Shown: positions 1 to 10,022 of the stretch, piece after piece
How positions within the stretch are numbered: position 1 is the first letter of the stretch
Layout: each line of letters opens with the position of its first letter
Source of the DNA: Candidatus Saccharimonadota bacterium
GTDB taxonomy: Archaea > Nanobdellota > Nanobdellia > Pacearchaeales > GW2011-AR1
Direction of reading: 5' to 3'
Assembly (NCBI GenBank): GCA_026002795.1
Contig: BPGA01000001.1
Location: 210,001 to 242,000, forward strand
DNA: 32,000 bases
Program-made: the position numbers and the translations under genes
Notes under the pieces: model-generated
What the model was told of the DNA's origin: nothing
The model's database searches: none
The model's input: the letters and a program-made list of their open reading frames with translations, nothing else

Positions 1-1
1 A

Positions 2-415
2 ATGTCTGTAAAAGATTTCAAAAATTTCTATAAAACATTTACTTCTGTATTTCCAAATGTTGTTGTATTTGCAAATATAAAACCAGATGAAGATACTCCT
101 GTAAGATTTGAAACTTCTGAATTAATTTTTGTTGGTTCTAAAAATAAAATAAATATTAGTGAAGAATTAATTAATGAAAACTATAATAAATTACCGGAAA
201 TTTCCAAGCAACAGCTAAATCTAATAAGATTATCTTCAGGTTCTGAAATTTATCATTTATTTGTTTTTAAAAGTGAACAAATGAAAGGCTATGCAGATGA
301 TGCAAAAATAATTACTGATGATAATTTACTTTTGGAATTTTCAACAGCGAAACGAGTTTTAAATCAAGGTCCTAAGGAGGTGATAAATGATATTGAAAGG
401 TTTGTTTCAGAATAA
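2..415 (+). CDS. C-terminal part of a spermidine synthase-like (polyamine aminopropyltransferase-like) protein; 5' end lies outside the window
   Basis: The ORF is open to the window edge. The segments FYKTFTSVFPNVVVFAN ... IFVGSK ... IITDDNLLLEFS resemble the C-terminal region of spermidine-synthase-like and fused spermidine-synthase family proteins. The call rests on motif recollection only. Confidence 0.4.
   Translation: MSVKDFKNFYKTFTSVFPNVVVFANIKPDEDTPVRFETSELIFVGSKNKINISEELINENYNKLPEISKQQLNLIRLSSGSEIYHLFVFKSEQMKGYADDAKIITDDNLLLEFSTAKRVLNQGPKEVINDIERFVSE
376..383 (+). promoter_or_regulatory. Shine-Dalgarno-like ribosome-binding site for the giant gene, located inside the 3' end of the upstream CDS
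   Basis: GGAGGTGA lies 3 nt upstream of ATG 387. Most other genes in the window lack any such motif and instead have TATA-like boxes about 20-30 nt upstream of the ATG, which is the leaderless style. Confidence 0.55.
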
Positions 416-3400
416 AAAAGGTTTAATTCAAAAAAGTATGACTTTAATTTTCATAGCTTTTGCTTTATTTGCTTTAATATTTTTGGTATATAATTCAAAG
501 TATGCTTCAGCTGCAAAATCAGATCAATTCTTTATAGGCAATTTTACATGTGAAAGTTTTGAAGATGCTCTTTTATGGAGTGCTGTAGGACAAAAAAGTG
601 CACCAACAAATAGTTATTTTGGATGGGTACCGGCAGTAGGATGTAATTCAAGCATTAATACAGTAGGTCCTAAAGCATGTGATATACATAAAATACAAAG
701 TTTTGTAAGATATTCAAATATTGGAACAGCGAATAGTTTAACTACAGGACAAGTATATGCTCAAATCGCAAACACAACACAATCAAATGAAACAAACCCT
801 TCATCAGCAAACTTTACTTTAGCAAGATATTTTGCAAGATTAAATGAAACGGTAGTTGCGGGAGATGTTTTAGGTCCAAGATATGAATGTGGAATTGCTT
901 CAGACACTACTTCAATAAATAGAACATGTCAAGTTAATGGAAGTGGATATGATAACAGCACTTTTAATTATTCTGTTCGTTTATTTGCAGATGGAGCTGC
1001 TAATGGAAAAACAAGAGCTTTAATTGATGTTTTCAATATAAAATACGACTGGTGTTGGACGCCAATAATTTATGATGCAGTTGTGACTCCTGACATTGCA
1101 GATAATGAAACAACTTTCACATTTACCATTAATGTTACAAATCCTGGAGCAACAACAAATGTTTCTTTGTTTACAGCACCTCTAGGATCAAATGAGTGGG
1201 TACAGGAAGGGGCTACTCAAACTTGTATAGATTGTGCACAAAAAAAGCTGACATTTAATGTGAATTTTGGAAACCGTATTGGAAAAAGAATTTTTAAGTT
1301 TAATGCAACAGACGGCACTTACGGCACTGAAGCTGGAAATCCAGCACATTTAGGAACAGCAACAAACGAATGCCTTGACACAGATAATGATTGCCAGTTT
1401 GAAGTAACTCAAGCAGCGGCAGCACAGGGAACTCCAAATATCATAAATGAAACAGTAAATGGTGTTCAGTCAGGAGCTGTTGAAGGCTGGGGAACAAACT
1501 GGACTTTTTCTGTAAATGTAAGTAACCCTCCTGATGGAGCAGGAGATATTAATGTAACTCTTTTTGTTAATACTGGGTCTGGCTTTATACAAAAAGCATC
1601 TGCAAATTGTACAGCGCCTTGCTCCAGCTCAACAAAATTTACTTTCTTTGTGGATGATTTTCAATGTTCTGATATTTCTTCTGCTCAATACAGATTTACT
1701 GCAACCAATCTTAACGGAACTACAACTGTAACCCACCCATTTACAATCGAAAGAGATGATGTAATTATTGAGCATATTCAAGGAAACAATAGCATTGCAA
1801 ATAGAAGTGGAAACCAGATAGATTTGCTTATTGTTAGGGTTTTTGACTCTGATAAAGCTCCTTCAGGAGCATATATTGGAAGTGGAACAAATGTTACTTT
1901 TAACGTAAAATTTGATGATGTAAACTTTGATGCTGGAACAAACAGAACAACAAATTCATCTGGATATGCTAATTATTCTTTTGACCCAACATGTTCTCCA
2001 ACAAAATACCAAGTAGGAAACAGAGAATGGAAAGCTTCAACGTCAGGAGATTCATGTTATAAAGATGTAACCTCAAGTATTCTTAACTTATCAATTGCAG
2101 GAGATATTATTCTTACATTTAATGAACCTGATGGTTCAAGCAACTTTACTCAGGAAGATGAAATAACTTTCCTTGGAGCAACAACAGATGATTGCGGAGA
2201 TGCTTTAGTTACAACAGTAAAGTATTATGCAAACTCTTCTGAAGATAGCTTTGCATGTACTTCAACAACACAAATAGGTGCAAATGCATTCCAGTGTGTT
2301 TATACAACTTCTCTTTCAGACACAAGAGGTTATTATAATACAACAATGCTAGCAAATAGAACTCTACATTATGATAATCAAACAAGTAATGTTGGAAATC
2401 CTGGATTATTCTATTTATTCCCTAGAAAAAAGCTTACAAATCCAACTGCAAATCCAACTGCAGAAGGTTGGGGTAAACCAAACTGGAATTTCTCTGTTTT
2501 AGCAAGTTCTGGTGATATTGACAATGTTCTTCAGGTTAACTTATTTATGGCACAATCAGTAAACCCAACAACACAATGTACTTCACCTACATGTCAGAAT
2601 CAAACACCAATAATTTGTGATGCTGTTGCTGGTTGTAGTAATCAGCTTGTAACTTATTATAGAAACTTTACAGCATCTGATCAAGGAACATGGTTCTTCC
2701 AATTTAAGTTTAATGATACTGAACTAACTTCAACATCAGGAACTGAGTTTTCAGTTGTTGTTGAAAAAGATGATACAAATATAAGCTATGGTGGTCAGGG
2801 AAATGCAACAACTGTAATTAAAGATACACAACCACAGAATCTTTCAGTTCGTGTTTTTGATTTAGATAAAAACAGCTATAATGTAACATTGCCAAGCGCA
2901 AATGTAACATTTAAGCTTCTTGATCCTGGTTATGCTGGTGGTGAAAAAATTATTGGATATGCTCTTACAAATGAAACAGGCCATGCAACATTCTTGTTTA
3001 ATGTTACAGAGTGTAATTTCCAGCAAGGAACTCAGAAATGGATTGGTGAAATTCTTTCAACAGAGCCAAATTACAAACCAAGTAAGTCAGAGAACTTTAC
3101 AATAACAATAAATCTTCCTGGATGTGAAGCAACTGTTTCAGTTGAAAATGTTATAACACCTACTGAAACATTCCAAAACATTAACTTCACAATAAATTCA
3201 ACAATTGCTGCATTTATATCAACTGCAAATGATGTTAATGTTACATTAAATGTTCCTTCTGGATGGATTGTAGGACCAAGTGCAACACAAAGCCTTGGAA
3301 GTGTTGTACCAGGAACTCCAAAAACAGTTTCATGGACAGTTAATGCAACAAGTTATGGAAGGTTTAATGTCTCTGTATTTGCAAACTCAAGTGATGCTGG

Positions 3401-6400
3401 AAATGACACCCTTGACTCTTCAAACTTCCAGGTTTATAAGGAAGAGCTAAAAGGAACAGCATTAAGCCCAACACTGCCTTCTATTGTTCAAGCTGGAGGA
3501 AATATTACAGCATCATGGCAGTGTAGTGTTGGAGATTATAGAGTTGCAACACTAAACATAAATGCAAATACAAGTTCAAGTCCAACAACAATAAGGGTTT
3601 TGACTTATAATGGAACAGATTTTGTAGATGTTCTTCACTCTAAGTCTGTTGACACAAATAACACAATTAAAACAATAAAAGTTCCTCTTTTAAGCAAGCA
3701 AATTGATAGCAATGAGACAGGATTCTGTAATGTAAAAATATTTAATCTAGGAAGCAACAGTATAAATATAACAGACATTTCATTGGAAGCTTATTACAAT
3801 GAAACTGTTTCTGTAAGAGATGTCCAAGCAAGTGTTAATGGTGTAAACACAACTGGAATTGAAAGTTCTGAAACATTGTTTAATGTTTCTGCAATTCTTG
3901 CTAACTCAATAAATCAGAGCTTCTTGGCTAATGTAACTCTTAACATAACAAACTCTTCAGGAGTTGTTTTCACATCAACAAACAATAACATTAATATTCC
4001 AGCATTAGGAAGCATACAAACAAACTTCATTAACATTAACACTTCAAACTGGAGTGTTGGAAATTATAGTATTGAAGTTTATGCAGTTGGAAACTTCACA
4101 AAAGCTAATAACAAAACAGAAATTCTAATCTTTAACAATGTTGAGATTTATGCAGATAGTACAAAATACATATGCAACAGTACAACTGAAACATTTAATG
4201 TAACAATATTCCATCCTTTCACAGATACAATACAATACAACATTTCCTTAGAAATGCCTTCTGGTTGGTCTTATTCAGGAGCACAAACTGTAAACATTTC
4301 AACAATTGGAAATCATTCATTCATATTTAACATAACATCAAGCAATGCTGCTGCTGAAAATGCAACAATAAACGCAACAATAAACTACAGCTATCCTGGA
4401 ATTAATAAGCTGAAAAAAACAAGCTTTAATATCGAGGAAGGTAACAATATACCAATACTAGAAATAATAAGAGAGAGTCCGAGAGTTGTGTCAAGTAATA
4501 CAGAGTTTGTTTCAAGATTAATTGTCTACAATAAAGGATGTGCTTTAGCAAATTCAATTAGTTTAACAGAAAAGGTTTCTTCTGGTTGGACAGCTTATAC
4601 TCCTTCCATTGATGGAGTTTTGGGTGGAATTGCTGACATTCCTAAAGGAGAAATAAGATATACTGAAAATGACTTAGGAACAATTAGAGCAAAAGAGTAC
4701 AAAGTTTTGTCTTACTTCATATTTTCTCCATCAGGGCTTAATGAAATCGGAAAATTAAGATATAATCTAACATGGGGCTCAAGAAATAATTATGAGCCTA
4801 CAGAATTCACAATAAATACTTCAAAATACACTAAAGAATCTCATCTTTCCTATAATATAAGAGCAGTAGGAAGCTTTAAAGATAGGTCTGCAGAAAAAGA
4901 TGAAAATCAACTTTATGAATTTAATGTGACGAATATTGGTGATTTCAACATTACAAATGCAACTTGGAATGTTAGCTTAAGCATTCCTAATGAATGTTCT
5001 CCTTCAAACTATACAGGTATTTTCAACTCCACGACAAGAAAAATAACATGGCCTCTTGGAACACTAAATGTTTCTAATACAAAGAGTTTCTTCCTTAATT
5101 TGAATTGTACTGTTGAAAATAGATTTGTTTTAGTTGCCGAAGGTACTAATGACACAAGAACACAAACAAGCTTTAGCAATAACACTGGAATTGGTTGTAG
5201 TTTCAGTTCTGGAAATGAGTGCTCTTCAGTTTCAAGCTTTACATTTAGTAAGCCAAGCAATGCAAGATATGAAAAACTTTCTAGTGTGAATGCAACAATA
5301 TTCTACAACTTTACAGACTTTAAGATGACAGTTGGTGAAGGAGCAATAAACTTTAGTGATGATTTCAATAAGTTTAGAATTTTATGGCAGAACTATTCTA
5401 TAACAACTCCTGATGGAACTTCTGGAACAGTTGTTGCTAACTATACTCTTGATTCTAGTGAACAAGATTCTTTTGTAAACTCAGCAAGAAATATTGGTGT
5501 AAGAGCTTATGTTGATGCAACTTCTTCTGCAAAGGGAAATGTAACATTACAAAAAATTGATTACACCTGGGATCACGGAAAGCTTTTCAATGAGAGTCAG
5601 AATTTGTTTATAGATATTCATCCTTTCATATTTGATCTGCCAACGCCTGTGTTACAAACACCTTTAAACAATTCTCTTCAAGCAGCTGTACCTGTTGGTT
5701 TATCATGGGAAGCTATAAGCGCGCCACAAGGAATAAATATAACTTATTATGTATTTGGTGATAGCACAAATGCTTCTACATTACTTGATGTAATAACAGA
5801 AAACCTTTATTTATGGCGTGATTTAGGAGCAACACAAGGAACATTTTATTGGAAAGTTATTGCAAGTGATGGAACACAAAATAAAAGCTCTGAGATAAGA
5901 CAGTTTACTCTTGATTTATGTCAGCCAAACACTAATTTCGCTTTTGCTTTAAATTATCCAATGAGTTATAATCTAACAACAGATACAATTACTGTTTGGG
6001 GTAGTAATGGCACTGGATTTACTGCAATGGGTAACAATGAAAGTAATCCTATAACTTTCAAGAACATATTTGAATTTGGACAGGCAGTAAGAGGTGTTTG
6101 TGCTGTTACTAATCCTTCTTCTGGATCATATGTTATTTTAAGTAGATTAGAATTAGGCAATGTAACAGATCCGTTAAATACGACTTTTGTAAAAACAACT
6201 GGAGAGTCATTAAGCTTTAATAAGCAACTTCAATTAAACTTCAATGCCACCCTCATTTCTGGTCAGTTAACACAAGGGGGCTCTCCATTTGGAGGATCAA
6301 CTCTTTCATTTTCTGGCTTAGATGCTGTTAATCAAGAAGAAGGAGAGTTTTACTTAAAACCAGGATCTAAGTTAAGATTATATGATACAGGTGTTTTACA

Positions 6401-9400
6401 TACAATAACAGCAAATAATTCAAATCCATTTAGGCTTTATTGGAATGGTGATGTAATTGCAAAAGCAAGCACTTTACAAAACTGGTACACTATAAGATTC
6501 TTAGGATCAAACAACACAATAGACAACTTAATTTTAACAAATATGGGAGAAGGATTCTTCCCAGCAGCGACGCAGATAGGTGTTTTAACAAATATAAGAC
6601 CAAGTGGAATTCAAAAAGGTGGGTTAATGCTTGAAGGTAATGCAAATTCTACAATAACTAGCTTAGAAGTTCAGGAAGCTACAAATGATATACTTGTTCA
6701 AAATTATACAGGTACAACAAACTTAATTAATGCAAATTTGAATTTCAGTAATATAAACTGGACAACAGGTACATTCTCTGGAAAAATTAACAGAAAATAC
6801 GATTATGAGCCAACAGTAACAGATAGTGCTGGAATACCTATTTCAAATACAAGTATGGTTTTATTAGATACTAGAGGAGAAATTATATTTGACTTGTTTA
6901 CAGATTCTTTAGGAAAAATACCAAAGCAAACAATAACAAGAGCTATTTATGATTATAACTTTAAGACAGGAGATGATAGAGGTCCACATACTCTAAAAAT
7001 AAAGAAATACGGAAAAACTTTCCAGTCTTTAGCAAAGCAATTCTCTGCAGCAACAATTGAAACATTACAGTTAACAAATAATCCATTCATAAATAGAACA
7101 GAGGCTCAGGCAAAAAATCAAACAGGAATAAAATTCAATCCTCCAATAAGAGTACCATATGGAGCTGAAATATATCAAAACTTTAATACAACAGGAAAAC
7201 TTAATAACTCTCCTATAACACAATCAGAATTCTTTGCAGTATTTGGATTTGATGGTGTTAATGAAAATAGAAAACTTACTCTTGTTACAGGTAGTCCTAG
7301 TGCAAATGGAGAGTTTAGTGTAAATTATGCAACAGGAGAATTAATTTTCTTCAATGATCAAACCGGCCACAATGTAACTCCTGTTTATAGTTATGGAGGA
7401 AATATTACAATTTCTACAGGAACTGCTTCACAAAATTGTATTAGCATGAGCAATCTTTATGATTACATGCAAGCAAACCTTTCAGATGTTATTACAACAG
7501 TTGATGGAATTACATATACAATGTTTGTAAACCTTATAATAGGAAATAACACTGTGGGAGGGTGTATTGTTGATCCTAAGGCATCTATAGTGTTTGAAGA
7601 TGGCTATACTTACAGCTTTAGTCCTATAGGTGGTTATATTGATTTAGCAGGAATAACTGCAGGAGGCGGAACTTCGGGAAGTGGAATTAATCCATTAAGT
7701 ATAGTAGATTCTGTTGGTTCACAGTATAATCCTGGAGATGTAGTTGATGTATTTTCAACAACTTACGAATCCTCAACAGGAAATTTAATTGATGCAACTG
7801 TAAATGTAACAATATTTTATCCAAATAATAGTATTTTAGTAAGTGGTATATCAAATAAAATATCTACTGGATTTTATAAGTTTAATACAACTCTTCCAGA
7901 TAATTCTCCTTTAGGAACTTATGGAATTTTAATAAGAGCTAATGACTCTTCTGGTAATGTTGTTAATGATGTTCTTTCATTTAAAGTTGAACAAAAACAA
8001 ATTTCTTCTGGATTTGCTCTTAATATGTTTAACACAATAGGAAGTACTTATGGTTTTGGTGATGTAGTAAAGTTATTCACGACAACAGTAAATTCTTCTG
8101 GCAACCTAGTAAACTCAACAGTTAATGTTGCTGTATTCTATCCTAACAATACTTTGTTAAATTCTGGGCAGTCTTCTTTAGTCTCTACAGGAAGATTTGA
8201 ATACAGCTTTATTGCTCCAACAGTTGAAGGAACTTATAGAATAAATGTAGATGCAAATTATTCTGGAAACGAAGCGCACGATACAGAATCATTTATAATT
8301 TCAGCTACAAGTTCTGGCGGTAGTGTATCAACTCCTCAGATTTATGTAGAGGCACCTTCTGTAGTGAATGTTAATACGAACTTTAGTATAGTCTCTCTTA
8401 TAAACAGTGAAAGTGGAATTCCTGTAAATTGTGATTCTGGAGCAAATTTGACAATAAAAGATAGCTTAAATGGTGTTAATGTTTTAAATGAAACCCCAAT
8501 GACAAACTTTGCTCTTGGTCTTTACAATTACACCTATTTAGCATCAACACCTTCAAGTTATTTAGCAATAGTTGATTGTATAATCTCGAATGTAGAGTAT
8601 AAAGGAATAAAAGCATTTTCGACACAAGGAGTTCCTCTTCCAAAAAAAGCTGTTGTTGAAATGTCTGATTTTGATGAGGTTTTAGCTGGAAAGAATTTCA
8701 GAGCAAAAATCTGGATATTTGATCAAAATGGAGTTCCTATAAATGCAGATTCTACACCAACAATAACTCTTTATGATCCTCTAAGAAATATTATTGTTCA
8801 GAATGTATCTATGACACAAATAAGTACTGGAATTTATGAGTACAACTTTACAACTTCTTCTGGTCTAACTGGTGGAGTATGGGAAGCTATTGCAAATGTT
8901 GTTGTTAATGGTATAAACTATCAACCTTCTGACTTTTGGGAATTAGAATCAAGTCCAGCTCAAGTTAAGATTAATAGTATTGTAGATAATACAATACCCA
9001 CAATAACAGCAGATGTAACAATAACAAATGAGGGTTCTGGAGCTCAAGAGTATCAGTATGAGTATTGTATAGTTTCTGAACAAACTAATCAGTGTGGTGG
9101 AGATGATGATATTGATTACGCGTCTGGAGCAAAACTATTAAATCCAGGAGAAAGTTTCAATACTTTGTTAACTTTAGACGGTGTAACCTCTCCTGGAGAT
9201 TATTATTTCAAAATTGTTGTTTATTTTGGAACAGAAAAAAGTGGGGCTTCTCAATTATTTACAGCTGTAGAAGAAGGCGCACCAACACCAGCACCTGCAC
9301 CTAGCGCTCCTTCTGGAGGTGGTGGGGGAGCTGCTCCAATAACACCTCCTGAAATTGTGAAAGAAGAGAAACCAACGGGTAAATTGTACTTATTTAATTT

Positions 9401-9983
9401 AAATATAGATATAATAAGTTTAAGGGCTTTAACATTGCTCCAAAACTCTATTGAAACTAATAAAGAGTTTTTAACATCAAAACAAATATTTATAGACTTT
9501 TCATCGCTAAACCCAACAAGAGATGAACTTATTCTAGAGACCAAAACAAACATAACTGACTTTTCATCAATTAAAGGAGAAAAAGACGTTGTGTTAGAAC
9601 ACTCTATAGAAGATCCAAATGGAAAAGTTTATGTATCTAGCTTTGAAACAAGAAAAATAAACAATTCAGAGATAGTAATAAAGGAAATTAAAATTCCTGC
9701 AAGATTGTTGAGTGTTGGCAATTATCTTGTTGTTGCTAAGTTAACATACAATAATGAAACCTTTATTGGTAGAGATGTATTTGCTATTGTAAGCAAAGAA
9801 CCAGAAGCAAAAATTGAGAGTATAAGCATATGGATTTTAATTATTGTTTTAATTTTATCGATAATATTAGTTATTACAATAATAAGATTGATTATTAAAA
9901 AACAAGCATATAAAAGAAAAATTGAACAGAGATTGCAGGAAAAAGAAAGTTTAAAAAAAGTAGAAAGGTATATTAAAGAATAA
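387..9983 (+). CDS. Giant (3198 aa) secreted, C-terminally membrane-anchored, probably heavily N-glycosylated multi-domain surface protein (adhesin / S-layer-like)
   Basis: Uninterrupted 9.6-kb ORF. The Shine-Dalgarno sequence GGAGGTGA at 376-383 lies just upstream of the ATG at 387. An N-terminal hydrophobic signal (MTLIFIAFALFALIFLVY..ASA) is present. N-X-S/T sequons are very dense, and there are many Cys residues. Repeated Ig-like modules are visible. A Pro/Thr/Ala/Gly linker (APTPAPAPSAPSGGGGGAAPITPP, nt ~9270-9353) precedes a single C-terminal TM helix (ISIWILIIVLILSIILVITII, nt ~9825-9899) and a short basic tail. Confidence 0.85.
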   Translation: MILKGLFQNKKGLIQKSMTLIFIAFALFALIFLVYNSKYASAAKSDQFFIGNFTCESFEDALLWSAVGQKSAPTNSYFGWVPAVGCNSSINTVGPKACDIHKIQSFVRYSNIGTANSLTTGQVYAQIANTTQSNETNPSSANFTLARYFARLNETVVAGDVLGPRYECGIASDTTSINRTCQVNGSGYDNSTFNYSVRLFADGAANGKTRALIDVFNIKYDWCWTPIIYDAVVTPDIADNETTFTFTINVTNPGATTNVSLFTAPLGSNEWVQEGATQTCIDCAQKKLTFNVNFGNRIGKRIFKFNATDGTYGTEAGNPAHLGTATNECLDTDNDCQFEVTQAAAAQGTPNIINETVNGVQSGAVEGWGTNWTFSVNVSNPPDGAGDINVTLFVNTGSGFIQKASANCTAPCSSSTKFTFFVDDFQCSDISSAQYRFTATNLNGTTTVTHPFTIERDDVIIEHIQGNNSIANRSGNQIDLLIVRVFDSDKAPSGAYIGSGTNVTFNVKFDDVNFDAGTNRTTNSSGYANYSFDPTCSPTKYQVGNREWKASTSGDSCYKDVTSSILNLSIAGDIILTFNEPDGSSNFTQEDEITFLGATTDDCGDALVTTVKYYANSSEDSFACTSTTQIGANAFQCVYTTSLSDTRGYYNTTMLANRTLHYDNQTSNVGNPGLFYLFPRKKLTNPTANPTAEGWGKPNWNFSVLASSGDIDNVLQVNLFMAQSVNPTTQCTSPTCQNQTPIICDAVAGCSNQLVTYYRNFTASDQGTWFFQFKFNDTELTSTSGTEFSVVVEKDDTNISYGGQGNATTVIKDTQPQNLSVRVFDLDKNSYNVTLPSANVTFKLLDPGYAGGEKIIGYALTNETGHATFLFNVTECNFQQGTQKWIGEILSTEPNYKPSKSENFTITINLPGCEATVSVENVITPTETFQNINFTINSTIAAFISTANDVNVTLNVPSGWIVGPSATQSLGSVVPGTPKTVSWTVNATSYGRFNVSVFANSSDAGNDTLDSSNFQVYKEELKGTALSPTLPSIVQAGGNITASWQCSVGDYRVATLNINANTSSSPTTIRVLTYNGTDFVDVLHSKSVDTNNTIKTIKVPLLSKQIDSNETGFCNVKIFNLGSNSINITDISLEAYYNETVSVRDVQASVNGVNTTGIESSETLFNVSAILANSINQSFLANVTLNITNSSGVVFTSTNNNINIPALGSIQTNFININTSNWSVGNYSIEVYAVGNFTKANNKTEILIFNNVEIYADSTKYICNSTTETFNVTIFHPFTDTIQYNISLEMPSGWSYSGAQTVNISTIGNHSFIFNITSSNAAAENATINATINYSYPGINKLKKTSFNIEEGNNIPILEIIRESPRVVSSNTEFVSRLIVYNKGCALANSISLTEKVSSGWTAYTPSIDGVLGGIADIPKGEIRYTENDLGTIRAKEYKVLSYFIFSPSGLNEIGKLRYNLTWGSRNNYEPTEFTINTSKYTKESHLSYNIRAVGSFKDRSAEKDENQLYEFNVTNIGDFNITNATWNVSLSIPNECSPSNYTGIFNSTTRKITWPLGTLNVSNTKSFFLNLNCTVENRFVLVAEGTNDTRTQTSFSNNTGIGCSFSSGNECSSVSSFTFSKPSNARYEKLSSVNATIFYNFTDFKMTVGEGAINFSDDFNKFRILWQNYSITTPDGTSGTVVANYTLDSSEQDSFVNSARNIGVRAYVDATSSAKGNVTLQKIDYTWDHGKLFNESQNLFIDIHPFIFDLPTPVLQTPLNNSLQAAVPVGLSWEAISAPQGINITYYVFGDSTNASTLLDVITENLYLWRDLGATQGTFYWKVIASDGTQNKSSEIRQFTLDLCQPNTNFAFALNYPMSYNLTTDTITVWGSNGTGFTAMGNNESNPITFKNIFEFGQAVRGVCAVTNPSSGSYVILSRLELGNVTDPLNTTFVKTTGESLSFNKQLQLNFNATLISGQLTQGGSPFGGSTLSFSGLDAVNQEEGEFYLKPGSKLRLYDTGVLHTITANNSNPFRLYWNGDVIAKASTLQNWYTIRFLGSNNTIDNLILTNMGEGFFPAATQIGVLTNIRPSGIQKGGLMLEGNANSTITSLEVQEATNDILVQNYTGTTNLINANLNFSNINWTTGTFSGKINRKYDYEPTVTDSAGIPISNTSMVLLDTRGEIIFDLFTDSLGKIPKQTITRAIYDYNFKTGDDRGPHTLKIKKYGKTFQSLAKQFSAATIETLQLTNNPFINRTEAQAKNQTGIKFNPPIRVPYGAEIYQNFNTTGKLNNSPITQSEFFAVFGFDGVNENRKLTLVTGSPSANGEFSVNYATGELIFFNDQTGHNVTPVYSYGGNITISTGTASQNCISMSNLYDYMQANLSDVITTVDGITYTMFVNLIIGNNTVGGCIVDPKASIVFEDGYTYSFSPIGGYIDLAGITAGGGTSGSGINPLSIVDSVGSQYNPGDVVDVFSTTYESSTGNLIDATVNVTIFYPNNSILVSGISNKISTGFYKFNTTLPDNSPLGTYGILIRANDSSGNVVNDVLSFKVEQKQISSGFALNMFNTIGSTYGFGDVVKLFTTTVNSSGNLVNSTVNVAVFYPNNTLLNSGQSSLVSTGRFEYSFIAPTVEGTYRINVDANYSGNEAHDTESFIISATSSGGSVSTPQIYVEAPSVVNVNTNFSIVSLINSESGIPVNCDSGANLTIKDSLNGVNVLNETPMTNFALGLYNYTYLASTPSSYLAIVDCIISNVEYKGIKAFSTQGVPLPKKAVVEMSDFDEVLAGKNFRAKIWIFDQNGVPINADSTPTITLYDPLRNIIVQNVSMTQISTGIYEYNFTTSSGLTGGVWEAIANVVVNGINYQPSDFWELESSPAQVKINSIVDNTIPTITADVTITNEGSGAQEYQYEYCIVSEQTNQCGGDDDIDYASGAKLLNPGESFNTLLTLDGVTSPGDYYFKIVVYFGTEKSGASQLFTAVEEGAPTPAPAPSAPSGGGGGAAPITPPEIVKEEKPTGKLYLFNLNIDIISLRALTLLQNSIETNKEFLTSKQIFIDFSSLNPTRDELILETKTNITDFSSIKGEKDVVLEHSIEDPNGKVYVSSFETRKINNSEIVIKEIKIPARLLSVGNYLVVAKLTYNNETFIGRDVFAIVSKEPEAKIESISIWILIIVLILSIILVITIIRLIIKKQAYKRKIEQRLQEKESLKKVERYIKE

Positions 9984-10022
9984 AAAATAAAAATTTATAT
10001 TTAAAGTTTGTTATTATTTAAA

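Noticed and set aside
438-440. Alternative start (Met-18, MTLIFIAF...) for the giant gene, avoiding overlap with the upstream CDS
   Set aside because: It is possible, but ATG 387 has the strong GGAGGTGA SD at ideal spacing, whereas 438 has none. I retained 387 as the primary call.
2920-9553. Short ORFs inside the 3198-aa gene (2920-3105 +, 5009-5260 -, 5966-6160 -, 9251-9553 -)
   Set aside because: They are embedded in a continuous 9.6-kb reading frame with coherent domain structure. The 9251-9553 ORF is merely the antisense of the GC-rich PT linker. There is no independent start context.
387-9983. Diversity-generating retroelement (DGR) target or other hypervariable cassette in the giant surface gene
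   Set aside because: There is no reverse transcriptase ORF in the window, and I could not spot a near-identical template/variable repeat pair. A computational repeat search would be needed to exclude this fully.
10008-10022. TTG start for the 150-aa membrane protein, and similarly TTG 13294 for the DUF131-like gene
   Set aside because: In-frame ATG codons lie a few codons downstream (10023 and 13279), and nothing supports the upstream TTG. The exact starts remain uncertain.
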